Positions 18,348-28,225 of a stretch of 55,512 nucleotides of DNA are shown piece after piece. The stretch is from Actinomycetota bacterium (GTDB lineage Bacteria > Actinomycetota > Acidimicrobiia > Acidimicrobiales > SZUA-35), in NCBI GenBank assembly GCA_039029715.1, contig JBCCFN010000001.1, positions 1-55,512 on the forward strand. Reading direction: 5' to 3'. The position numbers and the translations under genes are program-made. Under the pieces are notes generated by a model. The model made no database searches. It worked only from the letters and a program-made list of their open reading frames with translations, and was not told the origin of the DNA. Within the stretch, counting starts at the first letter, position 1, and each line of letters starts with the position of its first letter.

Positions 18348-19517
18348 GTGAACGACAACCGACGGTTCCGACCGACGTGGCGGCGTGGTGGCCGGCTGGT
18401 GGCACTACTGCTCGCCGTCCTCGTCATTGCGGCCGCGTGCAGCAGCGACGACGATCCCGAGTCGGCGAGCTCGGCCAGCGAGCCGGAGGCTCCGGTGGCA
18501 GACGAGGCCGCCGACACCGCGGCCGCAACCGAAGGCCAGGCGGACGGCCCGGACGCGCTTGCCCGCTGCTTCGCGTCTTCGATCGATGCGGTGGGACGAG
18601 GAAACCTCGATGCCGGCGTCGCCGGCTTCGATGCGTGCTTCACCGAGGACTACGTGTTCGATTTCCAGGCCTTCCCCGGCGCCCCATCGGTCGTCTGCCC
18701 GGGTGACGGGTGCCCGGTGCAGGAGTTCGCCTCCCTGGGTGAGATGCGGGCCGTCTTCGCCAACAACTTCTTCGTTGACTCCGGCTACGTGGCCACCCAA
18801 CACCAGGTGCTCAACATCGACGTCGACCAGGACGGCGACCGTGCAGACGTCGTCGCCTACATCCAGGCGCAGCACTTCCTGCCAGACAACTCGGTCGACA
18901 TCGCCTGGAACGACTACGCCTACACCGCCGTACTGGAGGACGGCCGCTGGAAGATGGCAACCGAGACGATCATCGGCACGGCGTTCCTCAACTTCCAGGG
19001 CACGGTGGTCGGTGGGGGCGGCGATGGTGACGACGGCGCAGCGGGCGCCCCGCTGTCGTCGGTCACCGAGGTCACCCTCCGGAACACGTTGCAGGATCCC
19101 GGCCAGCCTGAGGTCACCTACCCGAGTCTCTTCGGGGAGGCGGACGACGCCTTCGACGAGTTCGCAACGTACTCGGCCTCTGCGGTGGAGTTCCCGACGG
19201 CTCTGGCCCAGGACGGAACGGCGGCCGGCGACCTCAACGGTCTCTACCGCATCGACCTCGGCGAGGGTTCGATCGCCTTCGAGGTGATCGCCGCTGCGGA
19301 CGATCCCTTCTGGATGAACGTGTTCGGGCTGTTCCCCGAGGGCAAGGTCGACCGCTACTACTTCACCTTCGACCAGCCCCATGGCGTCACCGGTTTCACC
19401 TCGGACAACCCCGACCTCAACGTCAGGGTCGACTCAGACACGGTGCTGGTCGTCGAGCTGACGGCCGGCTACGACCTGCAATCCGGGGTGAGCTTCACCG
19501 TCGAGCTCATCGGCTGA
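18348..19517 (+). CDS. lipoprotein with an NTF2/SnoaL-like N-terminal domain and an unassigned C-terminal domain
   Basis: From ORF 18321..19517. GTG 18348 is preceded by GAGGAGAGA. The signal reads RRGGRLVALLLAVLVIAAAC-SS, followed by an acidic linker. The region CFASSID..FDACFTEDYVFDF...ADVVAYIQAQHF...GRWKMATETI looks SnoaL-like. Confidence 0.6.
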   Translation: MNDNRRFRPTWRRGGRLVALLLAVLVIAAACSSDDDPESASSASEPEAPVADEAADTAAATEGQADGPDALARCFASSIDAVGRGNLDAGVAGFDACFTEDYVFDFQAFPGAPSVVCPGDGCPVQEFASLGEMRAVFANNFFVDSGYVATQHQVLNIDVDQDGDRADVVAYIQAQHFLPDNSVDIAWNDYAYTAVLEDGRWKMATETIIGTAFLNFQGTVVGGGGDGDDGAAGAPLSSVTEVTLRNTLQDPGQPEVTYPSLFGEADDAFDEFATYSASAVEFPTALAQDGTAAGDLNGLYRIDLGEGSIAFEVIAAADDPFWMNVFGLFPEGKVDRYYFTFDQPHGVTGFTSDNPDLNVRVDSDTVLVVELTAGYDLQSGVSFTVELIG

Positions 19518-19527
19518 GGCGTCGTCT

Positions 19528-19574
19528 GGCGAGGTTGGTGGACCCGACGGGCCAACCGACGGGCCAACCTCGCC
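19528..19574 (+). terminator. stem-loop after the lipoprotein gene, containing a tandem 12-mer
   Basis: ggcgaggttgg (19528-38) pairs with ccaacctcgcc (19564-74), 11 bp. The loop holds gacgggccaacc twice in tandem. Confidence 0.4.
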
Positions 19575-19619
19575 CGGCAACCAGCCGAGTCGGGAGCGGC
19601 CAGCCTAGGGTCGATCGAT

Positions 19620-20771
19620 GTGACGTCCTCGACCGAACCGACGACCGGGCCGGCGACCGCCGTCCACTTCGGGTGGGTGTCGCTGTTCCAGGATCTCGGC
19701 TCGAAGATGGTCGTGCCGATCGTGCCGCTCTACCTGACGGTCGCCCTTGGGGCCTCGCCGCTGGTGGTCGGGATCGTCGACGGGGTGGCGGCGGCGACGG
19801 TGGCCGTCGTCGCCCCACTCGTCGGCCGGGTGGTGACCCCGAGGCGGGCACCGGGACTGGTCCGGCTCGGTTACGGGCTGTCGTCGCTGGCCAAGGTGGC
19901 ATTGCTTGCGGCCTCGACCTGGCTCCTCGTCCTCGGGGTCCGGGTGGTCGACCGGGCCGGCAAGGGCATCCGGGACGCGCCCCGGGACCTGCTGTTGGCC
20001 GGCAGCCGGCCGGACCGGCAGGCATCGGCGTTCGGGATCCAGCAGGCGATGGACAAGCTCGGCGGCGCGATCGGGCCGCTGATCGGCCTTGCGGTGTATC
20101 GGGGCTTCGACGAGTCGTTCGATGCGGTCTTCGCCGCCGCCTTCCTTCCGTGCGCGATCAGCGTGATCCTGTTGCTCCGGCGGTTCGACACGACGGCCGA
20201 TCCGGCGCCGACAGGCGAGTCCAGCCGGGTCGCAAGCCTTGCGGTGGTGCAGCGGCGCCGGATCGCCATCCTCGGTCTCGGCGCAGCGGCCACCGTGCCG
20301 GTCTCGCTGCTGATCGTCCGAGGCCTGAACCAGGGCGCAGACGCGTCGACGGTCCTCATCGCCTTCGCCCTCCTGCGGACCGCAACCGCAGTGTTCGCCA
20401 TCCCGGGCGGGGTGTTGGCCGACCGGTTCGGGGCCGGCCGGATGGTTGCTCTCGGGCAGGCCGTCCTGGCCGCTGCGTTCCTGGTTGCGCTGGTGACGAC
20501 GGCGGCCTCGGCGCTGTGGTTCGTACTCGTGCTTGTCGGGGTGTCCGATGCGCTGCTGCGGGCGCCGACCAAGGCGTGGGTACTCCAGAGCGCCGGGGCC
20601 GAACGCCGAGGGGCCGTGCTCGGCGCCTGGAACGGAACGAGCGCCGGCGCCGGTCTGATCGCCGGTCTGGCGGCCGGCCTCCTGTGGGGCGATGACGGCA
20701 CCGTGCCGCTCATCATCTCTGCAGCGACGGTCTCGGTCGCTGCGGTTGCGATCTGGGCGTGGCGCGACTGA
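19620..20771 (+). CDS. MFS transporter
   Basis: About 12 TM segments. The N-terminal motif ..SLFQDLGSKMVVPIVPLYL.. and the loop RVVDRAGKGIRDAPRD are typical of an MFS_1 subgroup. GTG start. Confidence 0.85.
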   Translation: MTSSTEPTTGPATAVHFGWVSLFQDLGSKMVVPIVPLYLTVALGASPLVVGIVDGVAAATVAVVAPLVGRVVTPRRAPGLVRLGYGLSSLAKVALLAASTWLLVLGVRVVDRAGKGIRDAPRDLLLAGSRPDRQASAFGIQQAMDKLGGAIGPLIGLAVYRGFDESFDAVFAAAFLPCAISVILLLRRFDTTADPAPTGESSRVASLAVVQRRRIAILGLGAAATVPVSLLIVRGLNQGADASTVLIAFALLRTATAVFAIPGGVLADRFGAGRMVALGQAVLAAAFLVALVTTAASALWFVLVLVGVSDALLRAPTKAWVLQSAGAERRGAVLGAWNGTSAGAGLIAGLAAGLLWGDDGTVPLIISAATVSVAAVAIWAWRD

Positions 20772-20836
20772 GGTCGGGCGGTTGAGCCGAATCGGGCACC
20801 TCTAGACTGGAGGGTCCCCGGCGTAGGAGTCACGAC

Positions 20837-21283
20837 ATGCCAGACCAGATGTTCGACACCAAGAAGTTCCTCGACGTCCTCAACGAGATCATGAAGGCCG
20901 AGCTGGCCGGCGTGGTCCGCTACACCCACTACTCGCTCGTCATCACCGGCCCCAATCGGCTCCCGCTGGTCGACTTCATGAAGATGCAGGCCTCGGAGTC
21001 GCTGCTCCACGCCCAGCAGGTCGGCGAGATCCTGACCGGGCTCGGCGGTCACCCCGAGCAGGGCATCGCAGAGATCGAGGAGAGCCACGATCACTCGCTG
21101 GAGACGGTCCTCAGAGAGTCGATCGAGCACGAGCGCCGGGCCCTCGACCTGTACCGGCAGATGCTCGAACTCGCCGAGGGGGAGTCGGTCTACCTCGAGG
21201 AGTTCGCCCGCTCCCAGATCGGTGAGGAAGAGCTCCACGTGATCGAGCTCAACAAGCTCCTCCGGGACTACTCGATCGGTTGA
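20837..21283 (+). CDS. ferritin-like / bacterioferritin-family protein
   Basis: A four-helix-bundle pattern with di-iron ligand-like E..EsLLH and E..H pairs (MKAELAGVVRY, MQASESLLHAQ, SIEHERRAL, GEEELHVIEL). AGGAG lies upstream. Confidence 0.7.
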   Translation: MPDQMFDTKKFLDVLNEIMKAELAGVVRYTHYSLVITGPNRLPLVDFMKMQASESLLHAQQVGEILTGLGGHPEQGIAEIEESHDHSLETVLRESIEHERRALDLYRQMLELAEGESVYLEEFARSQIGEEELHVIELNKLLRDYSIG

Positions 21284-21382
21284 TCGCTGCGCCGGTCGCC
21301 GCAAACGGGGACTCGACGTGACGTTCTCTCACCCCAGGCCGCCCGGACCGCGGGTCAGGCCACCGACCCACGGAGGTTGACC

Positions 21383-21703
21383 ATGCCCGCCTACGTCGTC
21401 GCCATGATGACCGTCCACGACGCGGACGGCTACCGCAAGTACACCGATCGGACGTCGGCGATCGTGAAGAAGTACGGCGGCAGGTTCCTGACCAGGGGAG
21501 AGCCGGTCACCACGCTGGAAGGGGAGCGGTACGACGGTCGGATGGTGCTGCTCGAGTTCCCGACCCAGGCCGACGTCGAGGCGTGGTTCGCCGACCCCGA
21601 CTACCAGGAGGCCGTGACCTTCCGTCACGCGGCATCGACGATGCACATGGCGCTTGTCCAGGAGGGCGGCGCCGAGACCGGGGCGCCAGACCCCAAGCTC
21701 TGA
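21383..21703 (+). CDS. DUF1330 domain protein
   Basis: MPAYVVAMMTVHDADGYRKY...GGRFLTRG...VLLEFPTQADVEAWFADPDYQEA is typical DUF1330. GGAGG lies 6 nt before ATG 21383. Confidence 0.75.
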   Translation: MPAYVVAMMTVHDADGYRKYTDRTSAIVKKYGGRFLTRGEPVTTLEGERYDGRMVLLEFPTQADVEAWFADPDYQEAVTFRHAASTMHMALVQEGGAETGAPDPKL

Positions 21704-21748
21704 CCGGCCGGCGCTACTGTCCCGGCGTCCGGGTAGGCCGGCGCGGCC

Positions 21749-22390
21749 TCAGATGAACGTGTCGTTCGGCTGCCAGGAGCGAAGGGCGGCGATCAGGGCC
21801 GAGAGGTGCTCCTGCATGGCGGTCCGGGCCGCGTCCTCGTCCCGGGCCAGGATGGCGGCGGTGATGGCCTCGTGCTCCTGGAGCGACTCCTGGACCCGAC
21901 CGGGGAGCAGGGCGGTCCGGAACTGGAACTGGGCGTTGCGGTTCCGCAGGTTCTCGACCAGGTCGGCGGCCACCGCGTGACGGCCGGTAGCCCGAAGATG
22001 CCGGTGGAACTCCAGGTACAGCGGTTGGAAGCTGCCAACCGGGTCGGCGCTCGCCGCCTCCCGCATCCGATCCAGGATGTCTGAGAAGGTGTTCCGCTCC
22101 TCGTCGGTGGCTTGCCTGGCGGTCTCGGCCGCCAGCAGGCCCTCGAGCAGCGACCGGACCTGGGTGATCTCGATCGCCTCCTCCAGCGAGACCTTGCGGA
22201 CCGAGGCGCCGCGGTTGGCCTCCCGTAGCACCAGCCCCTCCTTGTCCAGTTCGGCAAGGGCATCACGGACGATCCGTCTGGTCGTGCCGAATCGCTCGAC
22301 GAGATCGGATTCGATCAGCCGCTCACCGGGCTGGAACGAACCCGAGACGATCGCAGCGCGAAGCTCACCCGTCAAGCCGGTGGAGGACAC
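21749..22390 (-). CDS. GntR family (FadR/FCD subfamily) transcriptional regulator
   Basis: A winged HTH (GERLIESDLVERFGTTRRIVRDALAELDKEGLVLREANRGASV) with an all-helical FCD-type C-terminal domain. GTG start. Confidence 0.9.
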   Translation of the reverse strand: MSSTGLTGELRAAIVSGSFQPGERLIESDLVERFGTTRRIVRDALAELDKEGLVLREANRGASVRKVSLEEAIEITQVRSLLEGLLAAETARQATDEERNTFSDILDRMREAASADPVGSFQPLYLEFHRHLRATGRHAVAADLVENLRNRNAQFQFRTALLPGRVQESLQEHEAITAAILARDEDAARTAMQEHLSALIAALRSWQPNDTFI

Positions 22391-22440
22391 GTTCTGTTGT
22401 TCCTTTCGTCGCTGTGTGGCAGGTTGGGCCCCTCAGCAGT

Positions 22441-22464
22441 ATTGTGCACGATAATGTACACAAC
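22441..22464. promoter_or_regulatory. ATTGTGCACGAT-AATGTACACAAC (candidate GntR operator, divergent GntR/ALDH promoter)
   Basis: This is the inverted repeat ttgtgcac-N6-gtacacaa. It fits the FadR-subfamily T.GT-N-AC.A pattern, and the core TTGTGCAC recurs at 29595 and 30265. Confidence 0.5.
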
Positions 22465-22478
22465 TGGGGGGCTGCAGT

Positions 22479-23900
22479 ATGACGGTCACGAAGCTCTGGA
22501 TCGGTGGGGAATGGACGGAGGCCGAGGGTGGCGCCACCTTCACCAGCCTCAACCCTCTTGATGACTCGCTCTACGCTACAGCCGCTGCGGCAGGGGTGGC
22601 GGACGTGGCGCGCGCCGTCGCCGCCGCCAACGCTGCGGGCCGTGAGTACGCCCAGACCCTGCCGAAGCAGCGGGAGGCGATCCTCCAGCGGGCGGCAGCC
22701 ATCCTCGAGGAGCGGAAGGCGCATTTCCTAGACATCCTGATCGACGAGATCGGTTCCCCGTTCGGGAAGGCGATGTTCGAGTTCGGCAAGTCGGTCGACA
22801 TGATGCGGGCCGCCGCCGGCATGTCCCGGCAGATGACCGGCCAGACCATCCCGTCCGACATGCCGAACCGGATGTCGATCAGCATCCGCAAGCCGCTCGG
22901 CGTGGTCGCCGCCATCACGCCGTTCAACGTGCCACTGATCAAGGGTGTCCGATTGACCGCCCACCCGCTGGCGCTCGGGAACAGCGTGGTGCTGCTGCCA
23001 TCCGAACATGCGCCGGTGCTCGCCACCTCCCTGGCCGAGGTCTACCACGATGCCGGCCTGCCGCCGGGCACCCTCAACGTCATCACCGGCGACGGCTACA
23101 CCATCGGCGACAGCCTGACCGGACACCCGGACGTGGCCATGGTGACCTTCACCGGGTCGAGCGTTGTCGGCCAGCACATCAACGAGGTGTGTGCGGCCCG
23201 CAAGGCCCGGGTGACCCTGGAGCTCGGGGGCAAGAGCGCCCTGGTCGTGCTCGACGACGCCGATCTGGACAAGGCGGTCGCCGCCGCCTGCCACGGGATC
23301 TTCACCTTCCAGGGGCAAGTCTGCATGGGGACCAGCCGGATCTATGTCCACCGAGACGTCCACGACGAGTTCCTGGAGCGGTTTGCCACCGCCGCCTCCA
23401 CGCTCGGTTCGGGAGATCTTCGTGACCCCCAAACCGTGATCGGGCCCCTGATCTCACCTCGCCAGCGGGATCGGGTCCGGACCCATCTCGAGCAGGCGGT
23501 GTCCGCCGGGGCCACCGTGGTGACCGGCGGGACCTGGGACGGCAACCGGTGCCTGCCGACCGTGCTCACCGGGGTCACAGACGACATGACGCTGTGTGCC
23601 GAGGAGACCTTCGGCCCGGTCGTGTCGGTCTACCCGGTCGACAGCTACGACGAGGCACTGAAGCGGACGAACGAGTCCGACTACGGTCTGAGCTCGTCCA
23701 TCTTCACCAGGGACCTCACGACGGCACTGCACTTCGCCAACAACGTGAATGCCGGCATGTGCCACGTCAACGGCTCGGCCCTCCACGACGAGCCCCATGT
23801 GCCCTTTGGCGGCAACGGTGAGTCCGGTGTCGGGCGGGAGGGAACCGAGGTCGACATCGACGCCATGACCGAGTGGAAGTGGGTCACCATCCAGCTCTGA
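22479..23900 (+). CDS. NAD(P)-dependent aldehyde dehydrogenase (aromatic-aldehyde-dehydrogenase-like)
   Basis: Motifs: FNVPL, FTGSSVVG, catalytic ELGGKS and QGQVCMG. Length 473 aa. Confidence 0.9.
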   Translation: MTVTKLWIGGEWTEAEGGATFTSLNPLDDSLYATAAAAGVADVARAVAAANAAGREYAQTLPKQREAILQRAAAILEERKAHFLDILIDEIGSPFGKAMFEFGKSVDMMRAAAGMSRQMTGQTIPSDMPNRMSISIRKPLGVVAAITPFNVPLIKGVRLTAHPLALGNSVVLLPSEHAPVLATSLAEVYHDAGLPPGTLNVITGDGYTIGDSLTGHPDVAMVTFTGSSVVGQHINEVCAARKARVTLELGGKSALVVLDDADLDKAVAAACHGIFTFQGQVCMGTSRIYVHRDVHDEFLERFATAASTLGSGDLRDPQTVIGPLISPRQRDRVRTHLEQAVSAGATVVTGGTWDGNRCLPTVLTGVTDDMTLCAEETFGPVVSVYPVDSYDEALKRTNESDYGLSSSIFTRDLTTALHFANNVNAGMCHVNGSALHDEPHVPFGGNGESGVGREGTEVDIDAMTEWKWVTIQL

Positions 23901-23938
23901 GTTCACCCTGCGAACCAGAAACACGAGGAGACAGCAGC

Positions 23939-24691
23939 ATGCAACTTGAAGGACGCACGACGATCGTCACCGGCTCGGCCCGGGGGATCGGCGCAGAACT
24001 GGCGGCCGGCCTGGCCGCACGCGGCGCGCAGATCGTCGTCTCTGATCTGCAGGACACAAGCGGGACCGTCGAGCGGATCACCTCGGCCGGTGGTGCCGCC
24101 ATCGGGGTCGAGGCTGACATCACGGACAATGACCAGCTCGCCGGCCTGGTCGCCGCGGCGACCAAGGAGTTCGGCGATGTCAGCGTGCTTGTCAACAACG
24201 CCGGCATCTTCGCAGACCTCGATCTGAAGCCGTTCATGCAGGTCTCCGAGGACGAGTTCGACACGATCATGCGGGTCAACGTCCGGGGAATGTTCCAGGC
24301 CTGCAAGGCCTGCGTGCCGAGCATGGAGAAGGCCGGCGGCGGCTCGATCGTCAACGTCAGTTCCGGGACCATCTTCTACGGCCCGCCATTCCTGCTGCCA
24401 TACGTGGCATCCAAGGCGGCGGTGATGGGCATGACCCGGTCGATGGCCCGGGAGCTCGGTGCCATGTCCATCCGGGTCAACGCCATCGCCCCCGGGTTCA
24501 CCGAGAGCGACAGCGTGCTGGCCGCCGGGTACTTCGAGCGGGTCCGGGAGCCGAGCAAGGCCGACCGGGCGATCGCCCGGGTCATGGAGCCGGCAGACCT
24601 CATCGGTGCGGTCGCCTACCTGGCCTCGGACGACAGCGCGTTCGTCACCGGTCAGCTGCTCAACATCGACGGCGGCAAGACGACCTACTGA
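23939..24691 (+). CDS. SDR family oxidoreductase
   Basis: From ORF 23873..24691. The start is ATG 23939. Motifs: VTGSARGIG, NNAG, YVASKAAV, PG. Confidence 0.9.
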   Translation: MQLEGRTTIVTGSARGIGAELAAGLAARGAQIVVSDLQDTSGTVERITSAGGAAIGVEADITDNDQLAGLVAAATKEFGDVSVLVNNAGIFADLDLKPFMQVSEDEFDTIMRVNVRGMFQACKACVPSMEKAGGGSIVNVSSGTIFYGPPFLLPYVASKAAVMGMTRSMARELGAMSIRVNAIAPGFTESDSVLAAGYFERVREPSKADRAIARVMEPADLIGAVAYLASDDSAFVTGQLLNIDGGKTTY

Positions 24692-24738
24692 TCCTCGGTG
24701 CGGCCGCGCAGACCACCGGCCCGGCCACACCGGCCCCG

Positions 24739-25437
24739 CTAGGCCGACGCTTCGTCGGTGTGGCCGCCGAGGTATGAGGCCTCGATGTCGTCGATCCGGG
24801 CCAGCAGGTCGCCGGCCTGGCCCTCGAGGGCGAAGGTCCCACGGTTGAGGACGTAGGCCCGGTCGGAGACCCCGAGCGCCTGGCGGGCGAACTGCTCGAC
24901 CAGCAGCACCGCTGCGCCCCGGTCCGCCGCCTCCCGAGCGAGCTCCAGCATGCGCTTGACGATGATCGGGGCCAGCCCGAACGACAGCTCGTCTGCCAGG
25001 ACGATCGACGGTTCGGTGGCGATCGCCTGGGTCAACGACAGGATCTGCTGCTCGCCGCCGGACAGGAGACCGGCCCGTCGTTCGGCAAGCGCCTGCAGCT
25101 CCGGACTGAGGTCGTACACGACCTGGGGGTCGCAGCCGCACAGCCGGAGGTTCTCGGCAACGGTCAGCCGGCGGACGATCGCCCGGGATTCGGGCAGGAA
25201 CGCCAGCCCGCTCCTGGCCCGGTCGACCAGGCCGCCGGTCGCCGGCTCACCGCCGAGCATGACCGAGCCGGTCGATGGGATCGCGCCGGCCAGCGCCAGC
25301 AGGGTCGTCGTCTTGCCGGCGCCGTTCGGGCCGAGGATCGATACGACCTCGCCGGCCCCGACGCTGAAGTCGAGCCCGTGCAGCACCTCCTGGGTCCCGT
25401 ACCCGGCCCGCAGGCCCTCGACGCTGATACCGCTCAT
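24739..25437 (-). CDS. ABC transporter ATP-binding protein, LivF-like (HAAT family)
   Basis: Walker A GPNGAGKTT, signature LSGGEQQ, Walker B VLLVEQ-type. ATGA overlap with the upstream gene. Confidence 0.9.
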   Translation of the reverse strand: MSGISVEGLRAGYGTQEVLHGLDFSVGAGEVVSILGPNGAGKTTTLLALAGAIPSTGSVMLGGEPATGGLVDRARSGLAFLPESRAIVRRLTVAENLRLCGCDPQVVYDLSPELQALAERRAGLLSGGEQQILSLTQAIATEPSIVLADELSFGLAPIIVKRMLELAREAADRGAAVLLVEQFARQALGVSDRAYVLNRGTFALEGQAGDLLARIDDIEASYLGGHTDEASA

Positions 25438-28136
25438 GTCGTCACCGTCCCCGCCTGGTCTTCGGCCATGGCGATGCCCAGGTAGGCGGCCCGGACCCGC
25501 TCGTCGGTCATCGCCTGGTCCGGCGGACCGGAGAAGATCACCCGCCCGAAGTCGAGGGCAACGACGTGGTCGCAGATCGAGGTGACGATGCTCATGTCGT
25601 GCTCGACCAGCAGCATGCCGACCTGAGAGTCGGTGGCCACTCGACGGAGGACGGCCCCGAGCTCGCCGGTCTCGGTCGAGTCGAGGCCGGCCGCCGGCTC
25701 ATCAAGCAGCAGCACCGACGGCCCGGCCGCCATGGCCCGGGCCACCCCGAGGAGCCGCCGTCGGCCCTGGGGCAACTCATTCGGGAAGCTGGGCAGCTCG
25801 GACTCCAGCTCGAACGAGTCGATGATCCGGCCGGTCGCCGCCGAGAGTCGGAGCGGTGGGACCCTGACCAGCGCCTTCAGCCACTCGCTCCACTGCAGGC
25901 GCTCCTCGGCAACCGCCAAGTTCTCGGCAACGCTCAGATCGTCGAACGGCTCGACGGTCTGGAACGTTCGGCCGAGGCCGGCCAGTGCCCGCTCGGTCGG
26001 CGAGGCGCTGGCGACGTCTGCGTCGTCGAGTCTGACTGCGCCGGCATGGGGGATGAAGCCGGAGATCGCATCGATGGCAGACGTCTTGCCGGCCCCGTTC
26101 GGCCCGATCAGGCCGACGATCTGGCCCGGCCGCACCTCGATGTCCAAGCCGTTGATAGCGGTGAACCCGCCGGGATAGGTGACCGAGAGGTTCTCGACCT
26201 GGAGGGTGGCCGGCGGCGCCAGGTTCTCCCCGTCGTCGCTGAGGATCTCGAAGTCGAGCGTCTTCGGTGATCGGTTGAACCGCCTGGCCACGTCCCGCAC
26301 CACCCCGTCCGGGGCGGCGATGAGCTGCACGATGACGATGACACCGGCGACGATGATCAGCCATCGCTCGATCGTCTCGATGTCGTTGAACAGGAACGGG
26401 ACGATCCCAGACGGGGAGATGAATGCGCCGGCCACCGGCCCAAGCAGGTAGCCGATCCCGCCGATCAGGGTGAACACCACCGAGAGCAGGGACTGGAAGA
26501 AGTTGAACTTCAGCAGCAACACGTTCTCGAACTTGAACGACAGGAACACACCGCCGACGGCGGCGATGCCGGCCGCAATGGTGAAGGCGACCAGCTTGAC
26601 CCGAGCGACCGAGACCCCGAGCGCCGCCGCCGCCCGCTCGTTCGACCGCACCGCCAGGAATCGCCGCCCGACCGGTCCGGCTCGGAGGTTGGAGACGATG
26701 AACACCAGGGCCACCAGGAACACCACCGAGACCGCAGCGAACCGCTCCGGATGGGCGATGGCATTGATGTCCCAGCCGAAGATCGAGGGACGTTCGATCG
26801 GGATGCCGGAGAAGCTTGCGCCGGACAGCCGCTGGTTGGTGAAGATCGTCTTCTCGACCGCTACTCCGAGCCCGACCGTGGCCACCGCCAGCGTCGGGCC
26901 TCTGGTCCGCAGCGCCGGGAGTGCGAAGAGTGAGCCGGCGGCGCAACCGGCGAGGACCCCGATCCCGAGGGCGGCCAGGAACGGCCAACCCGCCTCGCCG
27001 CTCAGTCGGGCGGCGAACAGTGCGCCGAGGCCGGCCATGGCCATCTGGGCCAGCGAGATCTGCCCGGCCAGCCCGGTGACGACGACGAGGGAGAGCCCAA
27101 CCATGGCGACCCCGGCGGTCGAGCTGATGGCGTCTGCCAGGTCATCGCTCGACAGCAGGGCGATGACGAACAGTGCGATCGCCCACAGGACCGCCGGGAT
27201 CGGTCGCAGCCGGCGACGCCCGACCGAGGGCAGCGCGGCCGAGACCTCGCCCCGCTCGGGGAACGCCGAGCCTCGGCGCATCAGGAGGATGATCATCAAG
27301 ATGAACGGGAGGGCCTCGTTCCAGCCGGCCCGGACCCCGTCCGGTAGGTCGACCTGGTAACGGAAGACCACCGCCTGGATCGAGCCGAGGGCCAGGCCAC
27401 CGATCACGGTCAGGGCGAACGAGTCGAACCGTCCGACAAGGGCGGTCGCCAGTGCCGGTACGACCAGCAGCAGGAAGGTGCTGGCGATCAGCCCGGTCCA
27501 CGGCACGGTCAGCAGGCCGGCCAGCCCGGCCAGACCACCGCCGAGGGCCCAGTTGGCGAGGGCGATCCGGTCCGGGTTGACCCGGAGGGTCTGGGCCACC
27601 AGCTCGTCTTCGGCCACTGCGCTGGTGGCCAGCCCGAAGGTGGTCCGGCGCATGAAGGCACTGAGGGCGAGGCCGACCAGGATGACGATGATGACCATGA
27701 TGATCCGGTCATAGGTGAGCCTGGCCCCGAGGACGTCGATGCCGCCGCTGGGGTAGAAGTTCTTCACCGTCTGGGTCCGCTGGGTGATGTTGCCGAACAC
27801 CAGCGGGATGCCCTGCTCGATGATGGCGAGCACCCCGACGGTGGCGATGATCCTGACCAGGACCGCCGAGTGTCTGAGCGGTCGCATGACCAGCAGCTGC
27901 ATGAGGATCCCGACCACCACCGAGGCGGCCAGGGCGATGAGGAACGACGGAACCCACGGCCATCCCCAGTCGGTGCTCAGCTGGGCGTAGATCGCCGCGG
28001 CCATGAAGGCGATGCCGCCGTGGGCGAAGTTGATCACCCCAGACGCCCGGTAGATCTGTACCAGACCGATCCCGGCGATGGCGTAGGCCGCGCCAGAACC
28101 GAGGCCGAGCAACAGGAAGGTGAGTGCGTCGGTCAT
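25434..28136 (-). CDS. fused HAAT-family ABC transporter: LivH-like permease + LivM-like permease + LivG-like ATPase in one 900-aa polypeptide
   Basis: A single uninterrupted ORF. Aa 1-~295 are LivH-like (GVINFAHGGIAFMAA..). Aa ~300-620 are LivM-like (GQISLAQMAMAGLGA.., RSNERAAAALGV). Aa ~630-900 are LivG-like (GPNGAGKTS, LPQGRRRLLGVARAM, LLLDEPAAGLD, LLVEHDM). Confidence 0.85.
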   Translation of the reverse strand: MTDALTFLLLGLGSGAAYAIAGIGLVQIYRASGVINFAHGGIAFMAAAIYAQLSTDWGWPWVPSFLIALAASVVVGILMQLLVMRPLRHSAVLVRIIATVGVLAIIEQGIPLVFGNITQRTQTVKNFYPSGGIDVLGARLTYDRIIMVIIVILVGLALSAFMRRTTFGLATSAVAEDELVAQTLRVNPDRIALANWALGGGLAGLAGLLTVPWTGLIASTFLLLVVPALATALVGRFDSFALTVIGGLALGSIQAVVFRYQVDLPDGVRAGWNEALPFILMIILLMRRGSAFPERGEVSAALPSVGRRRLRPIPAVLWAIALFVIALLSSDDLADAISSTAGVAMVGLSLVVVTGLAGQISLAQMAMAGLGALFAARLSGEAGWPFLAALGIGVLAGCAAGSLFALPALRTRGPTLAVATVGLGVAVEKTIFTNQRLSGASFSGIPIERPSIFGWDINAIAHPERFAAVSVVFLVALVFIVSNLRAGPVGRRFLAVRSNERAAAALGVSVARVKLVAFTIAAGIAAVGGVFLSFKFENVLLLKFNFFQSLLSVVFTLIGGIGYLLGPVAGAFISPSGIVPFLFNDIETIERWLIIVAGVIVIVQLIAAPDGVVRDVARRFNRSPKTLDFEILSDDGENLAPPATLQVENLSVTYPGGFTAINGLDIEVRPGQIVGLIGPNGAGKTSAIDAISGFIPHAGAVRLDDADVASASPTERALAGLGRTFQTVEPFDDLSVAENLAVAEERLQWSEWLKALVRVPPLRLSAATGRIIDSFELESELPSFPNELPQGRRRLLGVARAMAAGPSVLLLDEPAAGLDSTETGELGAVLRRVATDSQVGMLLVEHDMSIVTSICDHVVALDFGRVIFSGPPDQAMTDERVRAAYLGIAMAEDQAGTVTT

Positions 28137-28225
28137 GCCGTTGTTCCCCCGAGGAGTGGCCGAGGCGGGACCCCCACTCCAGGGAGCCCCACCCCGACCA
28201 TCGATTCAATTGCGACGTTGCGGTA

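Noticed and set aside
19871-21304. A 477-aa minus-strand ORF spanning the MFS and ferritin-like genes.
   Set aside because: It is antisense to two recognisable genes and crosses their intergenic region. Nothing in the translation looks conserved.
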